64,000 nt of DNA from an uncultured Nitrososphaerota archaeon (GCA_963703285.1 OY969807.1:1216001-1280000), one strand, 5' to 3'. Shown: positions 9,368 through 19,953, numbered from the stretch's first letter. Made by a program: numbers and translations. The notes: a model not told the origin generated them from the sequence alone.

Positions 9368-10012
9368 TCACAGGAGGGCCTGCAGCTTGTCCAGCGGCTT
9401 GCGATTCTCCCTCGACCACTTGACGAGACCTCTTCCCTCTTCGGTAATCCCGTAGACCTCTCTCCCGAACGTCGGGGCGCCGCACGTGGGGCAGTTGCCC
9501 TTTCCCCCTTCCCCCAGGTTCACCCTCGTCGCGAGCCCCGCATCGTTGAGGGCTCTCAGGGCGGATTTCGCCCCCGCCCTCCCCGTCCTCGTCTTCCGAC
9601 CTATCTCCGCCGCCGAGAGCGGGTATGACGTCCCCGCCAGCAACTCCAAGATGGCCATGCGAGAGCGGAGCGGCCCCTTGGGTTTCCTCGCCGCAGGTTT
9701 CGGCCTGCCCCCCCTCTTCTCCGGGTTCAGAATCAGGACGCTGCTCGAGTGGCTCGGCTTGGGTTCCGGGGGAGTCGGCTGGCTCGCCTTCCATCCTATG
9801 ACGTGCCAAAGCTCGGCCCCGCCCGAGGCATCAGCCGACGAGGTGTCGAGCGCGAGCTTCCTGCCGATCCTCTGCTCCTCCCAGAGCTGGTTCAGAACGG
9901 GCTTTGCCGCTTCCAGGTCCATGCCAAGCTCCTGCGCGATGCGCTTGGTGGAGACCAGCCCTTCCTTCTTGAGCAAGTCCAGGATCCGGGTCTCGAGTTC
10001 GTTCTTCATCAT
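9368..10012 (-). CDS. Tandem winged-helix DNA-binding protein
   Basis: ILDLL...STKRIAQELGM and ILELL...SAAEIGRKT...AL..L..AGL HTH patterns; CPTC insert. Confidence 0.7.
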   Translation of the reverse strand: MMKNELETRILDLLKKEGLVSTKRIAQELGMDLEAAKPVLNQLWEEQRIGRKLALDTSSADASGGAELWHVIGWKASQPTPPEPKPSHSSSVLILNPEKRGGRPKPAARKPKGPLRSRMAILELLAGTSYPLSAAEIGRKTRTGRAGAKSALRALNDAGLATRVNLGEGGKGNCPTCGAPTFGREVYGITEEGRGLVKWSRENRKPLDKLQALL

Positions 10013-10165
10013 CTTGCATCTGCGCTCCCAGCACTTCTCTGACCCTTCTCTCTGCGTTGACCAGCAACCCCGCCTCGTTCTTCGGAACCGACTTCAGGTA
10101 CCATTCGTCGAGCCATTTCTCGTGGGTTCTAATCCCATTTAAGCTTCCTCTCGAGATTCGGCCCT

Positions 10166-10657
10166 CTAGCTGGCCGTGAACTCGAAGGGCGCGGAGAGGA
10201 GGATCCCGCCCACACTAACGCCCGCCGTCCCGTTGACCTCCAGCGCCACGCTCCCAAGACCGACGAGATAGTATCCGAGGCCGCTAAAGGCCTTGTCCCA
10301 ACTGACGGAGATGGGAAAGACGAAGGTCTGGGACGACCCGGCGGCGAGGCTGAATGCGCGCGTCGTCTCCCCGCTCCCCAGGTAGTGCCCGTTAGCGTAG
10401 ACCGAGTAGCTCGCCGAATCCAGTACCGCCCCCACTGGATAGGGGTTGAAGACGACAGCTCTGAGGGTCACGCTCAGGTCTGCTCTCCCCAGTCCCGCCA
10501 AGGCCACCGAGGTGGACCTCAGCTGGAGGCCCGCGATTGTGGGCTCCTGCGTTCGGGACCGATTCATCGAGTAGTAGCCGTAGGTGACCCCGGCCGTGGC
10601 GATGAGAACCCCCAACAGCAGCGCGGTGATGACTAAGTTCTCTCTGTCCGAGGACAA
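10166..10657 (-). CDS. LEA type 2 / WHy-domain membrane-anchored protein
   Basis: TM helix then VFNPYP...YSVYANG..LGSG pattern. Confidence 0.7.
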   Translation of the reverse strand: MSSDRENLVITALLLGVLIATAGVTYGYYSMNRSRTQEPTIAGLQLRSTSVALAGLGRADLSVTLRAVVFNPYPVGAVLDSASYSVYANGHYLGSGETTRAFSLAAGSSQTFVFPISVSWDKAFSGLGYYLVGLGSVALEVNGTAGVSVGGILLSAPFEFTAS

Positions 10658-10789
10658 CGGCGTGAGCTTTCGGGATGCTCGACGATTAAAGGATTGGTGT
10701 CCGGAATGAGGCGCGGCCAGACCGAGATACCTTGCTATACACCAACGGTTCGACCATCATAAATAGACCCAGCCGAGCCTCCCAGACGT

Positions 10790-13555
10790 TTGGAAGAGGA
10801 AGAACGGGGGCTCGGCAGGTTCCAGCGAAACAGGCTAGTCACCTGGTTGCTACTGGCGGTCATAGGAGTGACCGTGGTCCTATCCATCCTCTGGGTCATC
10901 CTCAACTGGTCGATTGCGGAGGCGGTCTACTCGGCGAAAGCCAACCTCAACTGGTTCAGCATCACCTTCTACCACGACTACCTCTTCGTCGCTGCCGCCC
11001 TCTTCGCCCTCCTGCTGGTCTATCCCAAGGTCGGGGGAAGCGACCTCAGGAGCCTCCTCCAAGTGCTGGGGAGGAGGATGAGGCGCGACGAGTTCGAGCA
11101 GGAGGAGAGGCGGCCGATTGAAGGAAAGATGAACACCTCGCTCTGGGCACTCTGGCAGACCGCCAAGTGGGCGCTTGGTTTCTACTTCTTCGTGTCCTTC
11201 CGGGGGTTCCCGCTGCTCGGCCAGGGCATGAACTCGATAATGATGGCGACAATGGGCCTTGGGAGCTGGTCGCAGGTCCCCAGGGTCTTCCTCCTCCCCC
11301 TCTTCCCAGCGTCCGGCTCCCAGATCGTCTCGCTCATGCCTACCATGCAAATCGAGTACGCAGTGCTCGTCTACGTCGCCTCGGCGTTCCTCCTCGTCTT
11401 CGCCCTCAGGCAGGTGCTCAGGCTGTTCGCGAACCTCCCGACTAGGAGGAGCGACGTCTGGATAAGGAACCTCCTGGCGATCGCGGGGGCGGTAATCCTG
11501 GAGATCGCAATCGGCGCCCCTTACTGGCTGATGAACATCGCTACGCCCTACGTCTACGGCATTACAGTGACACTCTTCTTCTTCACTGTCGGGGGCTACC
11601 TCTACCTCACCAAGCGGCGAGACCTCCTCCTGAAGCGGGTCAACGTCTTCAAGATCATCGCAGTCGTCTTCGCCGCGGTCCTCATACTGCAGGTCGGGGC
11701 GGGCGCGTTCTACTACTTCAACTGGAACAACAACTACCTGAACTATCAGTTTTACCCGCAGACCCAGAAGGAGATCACGGTGACGAGGTGGGCGGCAGGG
11801 CTGAACAACATCCAGGTGAGCAACATCACCGACCTGCCCACCAGCAACCCCACGACCACTCTCAACCTCGTGAGGCAGTGGGACCAGACCGCGGCCGCGG
11901 TCACCAACACGAAGGAGATTGGCGCGTACAACTGGATGGCCCTGGGGAGCTCGGAGATCGTGTTCTACAACGGGACCGAATACTGGGTCTCGCCGACGAC
12001 TCCCACATTCCCTGAAACGGATTGGATCAGCGAGCACCTGATCTACACGCACGCGTCCAAAGTCCTCGTGATAAACACGCACACGGGCGGCGTCGTGAAC
12101 GCGACCACGGCCTTCGGGATACCCTCCGAACCGCTGATCTACTACGGCGAGGGCGCGGGGTTCAACGGGTCTGTCTACGTGAATGTCCCCGGCTACAATC
12201 AGGTCCAGGACGCGACATTTCCGGGCACGCCCGACTACGTCCTGAGCGGCTGGCAGAAGTCGATGTGGTTCACCTTCGTCGAGGGGCAGCTCGGATTCGC
12301 CTTCTCGAGCGAGTCGATCAACATGCTCTGGAACAGGAACATCTTCGCCAGGGTCGGCGACATACTGATTCCCGGCCTGACGATGGACCCGGCGGCCTAC
12401 ATCGTCTCCGACGGGAAGAACCTGTACTACGCCGTCCAGGTCTACATAAACTACCCGCTGAGCTCGGGCTTCGCCGCGAGCCCCTATCTCAGGTTCTTCG
12501 GAGTCGTCCTTGTAAACATCCAGGACGGCTCGATGCAGGGCTACACCGTCTCGAACCTGATGGGAGGGGTCAACAGCACGGACTTCCTCACGCAATACTA
12601 TCAGAACTACTACAGCAGCTGGAAGGCACCTCCCGCCTGGCTCGTGCCCCAGATACGGTACCCCGAACAGCTCCTGGGAACGCCCACCGTCCCCGGTCAG
12701 CTTGACTACGACTTCGTATACCACGTGAGCGACCCATTCGTCTTTAGGTCGGGGACCCAGTTCTACGCGCGTCCCGTCACGAGCAACACGACGGCCTCAG
12801 TACAGTACATTCCTTTTGCGGTGGGGAGCGAAACATACTTCGTAGCGCAGCAGCCCGTCCAGTACCAGGGCGCCGTGAGCAAGAACCTCGCAGGGCTGTA
12901 CATCGCCTACGGCGGGGACAAGCTGGGTCAGATCGACCTATACCAGAATCCCTCGACCTCCACTCCCATAATCGGTCCCTCGGCCGCGGAGAACGCCCTC
13001 ACGACCAACCAGCAGGTGAGGACCCAGCTTACCCTCCTGCCGAACTATAGGATAGGGTCCTACCTCCTCTACTCGGTTGACGGAGAGCTCACGTATTTCG
13101 TCGCGGTCTACACTAACCCAGGAACATCAGGGGTGGTCACGCAGCTGCCCTTCATGACAGCGGTCAACCCGAACACGGGGATAGTCGCCGTGGGGTCGGA
13201 CGCGACCTTGGCCTTCGACGCGCTCAACTCGAGCCTGCCCATCACCGTCACACAGGATGAGACGACAACCATACGCCAGATAGACGGCCTAATCGCCAGC
13301 GACGGGTATACGGTCGTGAACGCCACCTCGCTCAACCCGACAGTCTGGATAAACGTCGGGACCGTCTCCTACAGCACGGTTGGAGCGAACGCCACGATTG
13401 ACCAGGTGACGTCGCTGCTCCAGAACTACGGAACGGGGAGTGTCGCGAACACCGTCTACACCTGGATCGACAGCTCCGGAAACACCAACTTCGGAGTCCT
13501 CAAGGTCCTGGCCTCCGGTGTGACCGAGCTTTACTACGTCACCATCAAGCCGTGA
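10790..13555 (+). CDS. UPF0182-family membrane protein
   Basis: 921 aa; multi-TM N-half; WISEHLIYTH, PLIYYGE, RYPEQL motifs. Confidence 0.85.
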   Translation: MEEEERGLGRFQRNRLVTWLLLAVIGVTVVLSILWVILNWSIAEAVYSAKANLNWFSITFYHDYLFVAAALFALLLVYPKVGGSDLRSLLQVLGRRMRRDEFEQEERRPIEGKMNTSLWALWQTAKWALGFYFFVSFRGFPLLGQGMNSIMMATMGLGSWSQVPRVFLLPLFPASGSQIVSLMPTMQIEYAVLVYVASAFLLVFALRQVLRLFANLPTRRSDVWIRNLLAIAGAVILEIAIGAPYWLMNIATPYVYGITVTLFFFTVGGYLYLTKRRDLLLKRVNVFKIIAVVFAAVLILQVGAGAFYYFNWNNNYLNYQFYPQTQKEITVTRWAAGLNNIQVSNITDLPTSNPTTTLNLVRQWDQTAAAVTNTKEIGAYNWMALGSSEIVFYNGTEYWVSPTTPTFPETDWISEHLIYTHASKVLVINTHTGGVVNATTAFGIPSEPLIYYGEGAGFNGSVYVNVPGYNQVQDATFPGTPDYVLSGWQKSMWFTFVEGQLGFAFSSESINMLWNRNIFARVGDILIPGLTMDPAAYIVSDGKNLYYAVQVYINYPLSSGFAASPYLRFFGVVLVNIQDGSMQGYTVSNLMGGVNSTDFLTQYYQNYYSSWKAPPAWLVPQIRYPEQLLGTPTVPGQLDYDFVYHVSDPFVFRSGTQFYARPVTSNTTASVQYIPFAVGSETYFVAQQPVQYQGAVSKNLAGLYIAYGGDKLGQIDLYQNPSTSTPIIGPSAAENALTTNQQVRTQLTLLPNYRIGSYLLYSVDGELTYFVAVYTNPGTSGVVTQLPFMTAVNPNTGIVAVGSDATLAFDALNSSLPITVTQDETTTIRQIDGLIASDGYTVVNATSLNPTVWINVGTVSYSTVGANATIDQVTSLLQNYGTGSVANTVYTWIDSSGNTNFGVLKVLASGVTELYYVTIKP

Positions 13556-13566
13556 GCCTCGGCGTT

Positions 13567-13854
13567 CTAGTGACTGGCGAACAGGACGACGACCACGAGG
13601 ATTAGCGCTATGAGGCCCAGCGCAACGACCCTCAGAGTTCCGTTCCTCTCCCAGATGGTAATCGTTGCGTCGAACCGATCGATGGGGTTCCTTGAGTTCA
13701 GCTTCCTGACCAGCCTGAGCGCCTCCTCGTAGACGAACTGACCCCGATCTATGAGGATGATGTTGTCCCCTCTCATGACGAGCGAATGACCCGCGACCGC
13801 CAGTGGCAGGCGGGACCTCCTGTTCGCCCATTCGGTAAAGTGCTCTTCGCTCAT
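13567..13854 (-). CDS. Hypothetical protein with C-terminal TM helix
   Basis: ATG start, coding-like composition, hydrophobic C-terminus. Confidence 0.65.
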   Translation of the reverse strand: MSEEHFTEWANRRSRLPLAVAGHSLVMRGDNIILIDRGQFVYEEALRLVRKLNSRNPIDRFDATITIWERNGTLRVVALGLIALILVVVVLFASH

Positions 13855-13902
13855 CGTCGCTCAGCCGAGTCCTCTAAAGAGCCTCTCCTTCTTTACCGTT
13901 TT

Positions 13903-14285
13903 GGATGCTTCATTCGAGCCTGACGCAGGTCCACTTTCGCCAGGGGGGAAGGGTCGCCGGTTCACTTGTAGACCGAGGCTCTGTCCGGCCTCCAGGACGT
14001 GGCCCTTAAGTACGCTACGCGGATCATCATACGAAGCAAAATCGTCGTGAAGACGGGTCGCTAAGCGATCCGTCCGATGTTGGATATGAGGTTGGCTGGC
14101 AGCCGTAAAATCCAGTGCTGGCAATAGCCAAGCTCGTCAGTGAATTTGCTGACAGGGCGGGTGAGGTTCTCCCGTCCCAGGGCCCGCAGGTGAAGCGATG
14201 GTACAGGAACCCGACGACGACGGTAATCCTGAAAGTCGATGCGGGCAAGTCTGATGTAGTGGTGAGTCCCGCAGATTAGACAGAA
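13903..14285 (+). ncRNA. Candidate structured ncRNA of unknown class
   Basis: Intergenic with no credible long ORF; many helices whose non-Watson-Crick pairs are G-U on the + strand; ends approximate. Confidence 0.5.
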
Positions 14286-14286
14286 C

Positions 14287-14535
14287 CTAGACCGATACCT
14301 CGACGCTCGACGTCTGCTCGGTCGTCTTCTTCCTGCGCTTCCTTATGTTGTTCATAGCTTCCTCGGCGACCTTCTTGAAGTCCGCCTTCGAAAGGGCGCG
14401 CGCAGCATCATCGCACTCCTTCCCCGTGATTCTCTCGACCTCCTCGTCCAGCTCCTGCTGCACCTTCTCGTTCCTCGCCTGGACGAAGAGGATGAACAGC
14501 TCTCTCCTCATCCGCTCGAAGAAGAACTCGCTCAC
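14287..14535 (-). CDS. Small charged hypothetical protein
   Basis: GTG start downstream of TTTAAA box; helical charged composition. Confidence 0.65.
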   Translation of the reverse strand: MSEFFFERMRRELFILFVQARNEKVQQELDEEVERITGKECDDAARALSKADFKKVAEEAMNNIRKRRKKTTEQTSSVEVSV

Positions 14536-14688
14536 TTTCGGGTCTTAGATGTTTAAACCAGTCCCGGGAAATGAAGTTTGCGGTGGCTGACCTCGCGGCG
14601 AAGTCGGGTCGGTGCGGCTTCTTTGTCAGGCGTTGACGATGAGACGCTCCCGCCAAAGCTTATCTGAAGATGCAGCGAAGCCGAATCC

Positions 14689-15018
14689 GTGTCCGTATCA
14701 ATCGACGTCTTCGCCCAGCTTGACATAAGAGTCGGGAGGATAATCGAGGTTGACGACATTCCGCAGGCGAGGAAGCCCCTCTACAAGTTCAGGATAGACT
14801 TCGGACCGCTCGGGATAAAGCAGTGCGCTGGCGGGATAAAGGCGTACTACGCGAAGGACCAGCTGCTGGGGAAGATGGTCGTGGCGGTTGTCAACCTCGA
14901 ACCCAAGTCAGTCGTGGGTGTGATCTCGGAGTGCATGATGCTCTCCGCGTTCTCGGAGACCGACCTCTCCCTCGTCACCCCGGACAAGGAGATGCCGCTG
15001 GGGACGAAGGTGGTCTAG
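14689..15018 (+). CDS. csaA: tRNA-binding protein (CsaA/Trbp111 OB-fold)
   Basis: LDIRVGRI, ARKPLYK..IDFG, VVNLEPK...SECM. Confidence 0.9.
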   Translation: MSVSIDVFAQLDIRVGRIIEVDDIPQARKPLYKFRIDFGPLGIKQCAGGIKAYYAKDQLLGKMVVAVVNLEPKSVVGVISECMMLSAFSETDLSLVTPDKEMPLGTKVV

Positions 15019-15065
15019 CGAGCGCGTCAGGTTTTTATCCGGTGGATTTCGGTCACCTCGACTGC

Positions 15066-15184
15066 GCGGTCGTCGTCTAGTTCTCCGTCGTGGAGAGGAA
15101 AGCCTGGTCTAGGACATTACGCCCTAAATCTCGGCATGTAGGCTTGCCAAGCTAGTAACCCGGGTTCAAATCCCGGCGACCGCA
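15066..15184 (+). tRNA. tRNA-Gly(GCC) with two non-canonical introns (~15081-15102, ~15120-15141)
   Basis: Acceptor GCGGTCG/CGACCGC+A, T arm CCGGG-TTCAAAT-CCCGG, loop TTGCCAA (anticodon 15146-15148); cloverleaf forms only after removing both inserts. Confidence 0.88.
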
Positions 15185-15385
15185 CCTCTTCTACACGAAA
15201 GGGGTCGAGATCCGAGACAAGTGTTACGATTTGAACCTAAGGTCACATGCGCTGACTCAGGAAGGTCGAAATCTGGAGCAGCGGGTCACCCGCTCGTAGG
15301 ATTGTAGGACGGAGAACTATCTCACGGTGCCGCACCCACGCGCGCGTGGATAACCTATCTCTCAACCAGACTTTTCGGACACGCG

Positions 15386-16435
15386 CTAAAGCGAAGGATG
15401 GACGAGGTTCCTTCTCACCGCGTGGGTGGTTTCAACTTGTGGTAGGGGAATGCCGATGGTGGAAAGGAACCTCCTCCCCGCGACGGGCAGGTCATGCCAT
15501 TCTTTCACGTATCTGTATCCCTTGATACCGACCTCTTTCCTGAAGGAGGGGTCACTGTAGAGCTCCTTGATGCACTCCTTGAGCTTTGGCCTGTCGTTGA
15601 ATCCTGGGTCGACGAACCACGGTTCTATTCCTCTCTCCCTCAGCTCATTGTACACGGTCGGGTGCACGTTGACCACGACGGGCATCTTCATGCAGCACGC
15701 TTCAAGGCCGCTGTTGCCGTAGCACAGGTTGCTGACCTGGTCGAAAGCGGCGTCGCAGGTCCCCCTGACCCTCATGCACTGCTCGTGTGTGGACCTCTCT
15801 ACGATGACGAGCTGAAGGTCGTCGTAGGCGGGGGACTCGTGCTTCAGGTCCTCGATGCACTCTACGAGAAGCTTGGTGCCCTTCACCTCGCGCACCGTGG
15901 GCGAATGGAAGAAACGCACCTTCCTGCTCCTGCTCCTCGTCTTGAAGCCAGCGTACTCCCTCACCGGAGTGGGTACGGGGAACCACTGAAGGTCTGGTTT
16001 GCCGTACTGCAGCAGGTCAAGGGTGCTGGCGAGGCGAATTAGGCCCGATGATCTGTCTGCGGCATTGATTCTTTCGTAATCGTTCCTGTAGATGCTTCCC
16101 CTGTGCCATATCACGCGGAGTCTGCCTTCATCGTACGGAATGTGGACGGGGTAGGGTCTCTCCCACAGGGGATGCTTGTTGACGAGGATTACGTTGGGTT
16201 CTCCCCCGCCCAGCCAGTTCGCGAAACCGGACCGTCCACTGGCGGTTGACACGTCAAACCAGTAGGGATAGTCGAAATAATTGTGCGACGTAACGCAGTT
16301 GACTGCATCCACCCCCAAGAGCTTCAGTGCCCTTGTCAGGTTCCAGCAGCCCGAGTCCGCTGGGTAAGAGAAGCAAGCGACCCTCAAGCCTTCGTGGACG
16401 GAATCACGCTGAATCGCGCTTAGGTCTTTGGACAT
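15386..16435 (-). CDS. Glycosyltransferase (GT-B, family 4-like)
   Basis: HSPT...KGT, DQV...YGNSGLEA..MKMPVV, G..YV..WHD. Confidence 0.8.
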   Translation of the reverse strand: MSKDLSAIQRDSVHEGLRVACFSYPADSGCWNLTRALKLLGVDAVNCVTSHNYFDYPYWFDVSTASGRSGFANWLGGGEPNVILVNKHPLWERPYPVHIPYDEGRLRVIWHRGSIYRNDYERINAADRSSGLIRLASTLDLLQYGKPDLQWFPVPTPVREYAGFKTRSRSRKVRFFHSPTVREVKGTKLLVECIEDLKHESPAYDDLQLVIVERSTHEQCMRVRGTCDAAFDQVSNLCYGNSGLEACCMKMPVVVNVHPTVYNELRERGIEPWFVDPGFNDRPKLKECIKELYSDPSFRKEVGIKGYRYVKEWHDLPVAGRRFLSTIGIPLPQVETTHAVRRNLVHPSL

Positions 16436-16465
16436 CGTGCAGCCTTCCGACCGTGTTTGGATTCA

Positions 16466-16837
16466 TCAGGATACCAACTGCCAGAGCCCGGCTCTGTATG
16501 CGAACTCTCCAGCCTGAAAGGCCTTTCTGAGGTTGCGAATGTCGCCGCGAATTTCCTTCCGGTACTTGCCTTGGACCTGCCTGAGGGTTTCCTTTCTGGA
16601 GAAGCGCGTCAGGATATGTTGCTCCTCCTCAGGGGTGGGATGCTCTCTCGGCTTGCCTGCAGGAAGTCGTCGCCCCCTACGTTCCTTCTTCTTCTCCTTA
16701 CTCTTGGCCCCAATAGGAAGTGTAGCCTTCTTTCCCTTCCCCTCCTCTCCTCTCCCCACAGGCTCAGCTCCCTTTCCTCTACTTACTGGAGATTTTCTGC
16801 CCTTGGTGGGCCGCTTTCCGCCCGCGAGTGATGGCAT
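16466..16837 (-). CDS. Basic low-complexity hypothetical protein
   Basis: K/R/G-rich 123-aa ORF co-oriented with the glycosyltransferase. Confidence 0.45.
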   Translation of the reverse strand: MPSLAGGKRPTKGRKSPVSRGKGAEPVGRGEEGKGKKATLPIGAKSKEKKKERRGRRLPAGKPREHPTPEEEQHILTRFSRKETLRQVQGKYRKEIRGDIRNLRKAFQAGEFAYRAGLWQLVS

Positions 16838-17404
16838 TCCCTACGTCTCGTTTCGCGGCAATCTCCCTACTTAAGTCCTCCTTCAGGAGGTATTGTCCTC
16901 GTTCTATCATACAGTCCTTTTTTCAACTCTTTACTCTCTATACAGTCCTTCTGCTAACTCTAGAACTCTAGGCTAAGGTCTCTGCCAATGTCCCCCGTTC
17001 TTTTGGCTCTCCACGCCAAAGAGAGTGACGCTCGTCAGGCACGACTTCACGGGTCTCTTCTCCCAGATACTCATTGGGGGGAACACCCAATTGAACTACG
17101 GAACAAACGGAACAGAACCGATTGATGTCGGAAAAGGGTATTACGGCCCATGCGGAACGCAACCTTTCGAAAGTGATGAAGTGTTACTGTGGTTTCGTCT
17201 GTGAGACAGAAAATGAACTGAAATCACACGTGCTCAAGGTTCACGGGGCAAGGGATAACGACTGGAAGGGGTGGGTGAGCGGGTGAACGAGTTGGTGGCA
17301 CTTTTCACGCCTCCGTAATGCCCCATTCTATTAGAGGTGTTATCAATGGGACGATTCGTCCATCTATGCATAAATAGTGAGAAGGAAATTGGCCCGGCAC
17401 CAAC

Positions 17405-17788
17405 ATGTCCAGCAATCCAGTCAGCAGCAGAAGACAAACGAAACAAGAAGATCCAAAGGGCAGCGAAGAGGTCGAGATGCAGTCCGAACATCACGAGTCA
17501 ACGATCCCCGCAGGAGCCCCGCGCAACCACATCTACGTGGGGAAGAAGCCAGTCATGGAATATGCCATGTCCGCACTGATACAGTTATCGCAGGTCGGAG
17601 AGGTGGTAGTCAAGGCCAGAGGCCTTGCAATCGGCAGAGCGGTGGACGTGGCTGAGATTGTTACCAAGAGGCTAGGGAACGGCATCTTCACCGTCAAGAA
17701 CATCAGCATCAATACGGAGCAGGTCAAGAGCATCGAGACCGGCGAGATGAGGAACGTCTCCTCAATCGAGATAGTGGTCGGCAAGTAG
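17405..17788 (+). CDS. albA: DNA/RNA-binding protein Alba (true start may be a later ATG)
   Basis: IYVGKKPVMEY, VKARG.AIGRAVDVAE, RNVSSIEI. Confidence 0.95.
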   Translation: MSSNPVSSRRQTKQEDPKGSEEVEMQSEHHESTIPAGAPRNHIYVGKKPVMEYAMSALIQLSQVGEVVVKARGLAIGRAVDVAEIVTKRLGNGIFTVKNISINTEQVKSIETGEMRNVSSIEIVVGK

Positions 17789-18135
17789 AGACCGCTCTTC
17801 TGGAACTTGAATCCTGCCGTCATCAGACCTTTCTCTCCGAAGGAATCATGTTCGACCTGACCGCTGCGAATGAGCTGCACTTCCTGTTCAGGTTCGGCGG
17901 CCTCTTCGACCTGAACCTCAATCCAGATATCCCCTCTTCCCTAAACCGTCTCACGATTCGCTGGAGCTGACTGAATTGACCCTATGACCGAGATTAATGA
18001 AGAAGCGCGTCAAGCTCTGGGACATGAACCATGGCACACAGTAAAGTTGGCGAATCCTGCCGGGCCCGTTACTCACCTTCAACGCACCAGTCCTTAGCCT
18101 CGTTTATGCAAGATCTCCAGATCTGGTGGGTAGTC

Positions 18136-19805
18136 TCAGTCGAACTCGCCGCCAGCACCCGCACCTGGCGGTGGGCCGGAGGGACCCCTGGACTTGCCTG
18201 CAGCAATCACGTCATCGATGCGCAGGATCATGCACGCGGCTTCGGTAGCGGACTTGATTATCTGTTCCTTCACGCTCAGTGGCTCGAGGACATTCTCCTT
18301 GTACATGTCCTTGACCTTGCCTTCCTTGGCCTGAACTCCGTACCACTTGACACCGCCCGCATGCTTTGCCCTCAGGTCGGTCATAGCGTCGATTGGGGAC
18401 ATACCAGCGTTGACGACCAGCGCAGTCGGTAGGGCCTCGAGCGCTTCCGCGAACGCCTGAGCAGCGAGCTGCTCGCGCCCGGTCAGATTCTCGGCCCAAT
18501 TCCTTAGCTGTGACGCCGTCTCCATCTCGGCTGAACCGCCTCCAGCCACGATCGCCGGCTTCTCCATGATGTCCTTGATGACCATCAGGGCGTCGTGGAC
18601 GGAGCGTTCGGCCTCGTCGACTATCCTCTGGGTCCCGCCTCGTATCAGGATCGTCACGGCCTTTGGGTTCCTGCAGCCCTCGACAAAGACCCACTTGTCC
18701 TCTTCGACCTTCCTCTCCTCTACCAGGTCTGCGTATCCGAGGTCCTTCTCCGAGATGTCGTCAAAGTTGTTCGCAACGCGTGCGCCCGTGGCTCTTGCGA
18801 GTTTCGTCATGTCGCTCTCTTTGGCCCTCCTAACCGCAAGGACGCCTGCCCTTGCAAGGTAGTGCTGCGCGGTGTCGTCCATGCCTTTCTGGCAGATTAT
18901 CACGTTTGTGCCGATTGCGACGACCTTGTCCACCATGCTCTTGAGCATATGCGTCTCCTCATCGAGGAACTTCTTCATCATGGTCGGGTCGCCGATGTTG
19001 AGCTTTGCGTCGAACTCCGTCTTCTCTATCTCGAAGGCCGCGCTGATCAGAGCGATTTTCGCCTTCTCCACCCGCTTGGGCATCCCAGTGTGAACGACTT
19101 CTTTGTCGAGAACTATGCCGCTGATCAGGGTCGTACCCGCTACCGATCCTCCGGGCTTCTTCTCGACCTTCACATTATCGAGGTCCACTCTGTAACCCCC
19201 ATCCCGCTCCTCCGCCACTGCAAGAGCTGCATTGACCACAAACTCTGCAAGCTCCTGGGCCTCCCTGACGACCAGTTTGGTCTGCATGCTCGTTCCGGCT
19301 ATCTTCGTTAGCCAGTCTCTGTTCGTCGGACTTACCTTCTCCGCGATGCTGCGGAGTATCTCGATTGACCTTTCAGCAGCCCTGTTGTATCCATGGACTA
19401 TCACCGTCGGATGCACGCCCTCGTCGATGAGTCCCTCAGCCTTCTCAAGAAGGGCGCCGGCGAGGATGACCGCAGACTTTGTTCCGTCTCCAACTTCGTC
19501 ATCGGTCGCCTTGGAGACTTCCACGAGCATCTTGGCGGCCGGATGCTGGATGTCCATCTCCTTCAGCAGAGTAGCCCCGTCGTTGGTGATGGTGACATCA
19601 CCTAGTGAATCGACGAGCATCTTGTCCATGCCTCTGGGGCCGAGAGAGCTCTTGACTACCTCGGCAACCAGCTTGGCTGCCTCAATGTTGTTCTCCTGAG
19701 CATCCTTTCCACGTGACCGACCGCTACCTTCTTTCAGGATAATTACGGGCTGGCCGCTGGAAGTAACAGCCTGAATGACTTGCGTTGACGTACCCTAATC
19801 GCCAT
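18136..19805 (-). CDS. ths: Thermosome (group II chaperonin) subunit; 1-nt frameshift near 19795
   Basis: GQPVIILKEG, SLGPRGMDKM, GDGTKS, ILRIDD; the ATG at 19805 joins the frame if one G is added to a GGG run. Confidence 0.92.
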
Positions 19806-19953
19806 TTTATTCGCGACTTCCCGACTTATATACACGGGGGACGATTATCACAATCGAGACTGGGTCGAACGAAGGGCCCTGCTAGGAGAGGGAATGTATT
19901 CTTACGGTATCAGCCGACATCAAGCCGAAGCGTCAACAAGTCCAATACCTATT

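Noticed and set aside
10880-12724. Long antisense and alternative-frame ORFs (also 1126-2109, 46667-47689, 48047-49609, 53975-55624)
   Set aside because: Shadow ORFs of GC-rich genes; they overlap well-supported CDSs and have no motifs.
13903-14285. Calling the structured region tmRNA, RNase P RNA, SRP RNA, a group I intron or a cobalamin riboswitch
   Set aside because: No T-arm/acceptor tRNA-like domain and no smpB in the window; no GAGGAAAGUCC or CAGG.CCGGAAGG.AGCA motifs; only partial, non-diagnostic resemblance to group I P4 and the B12 box.
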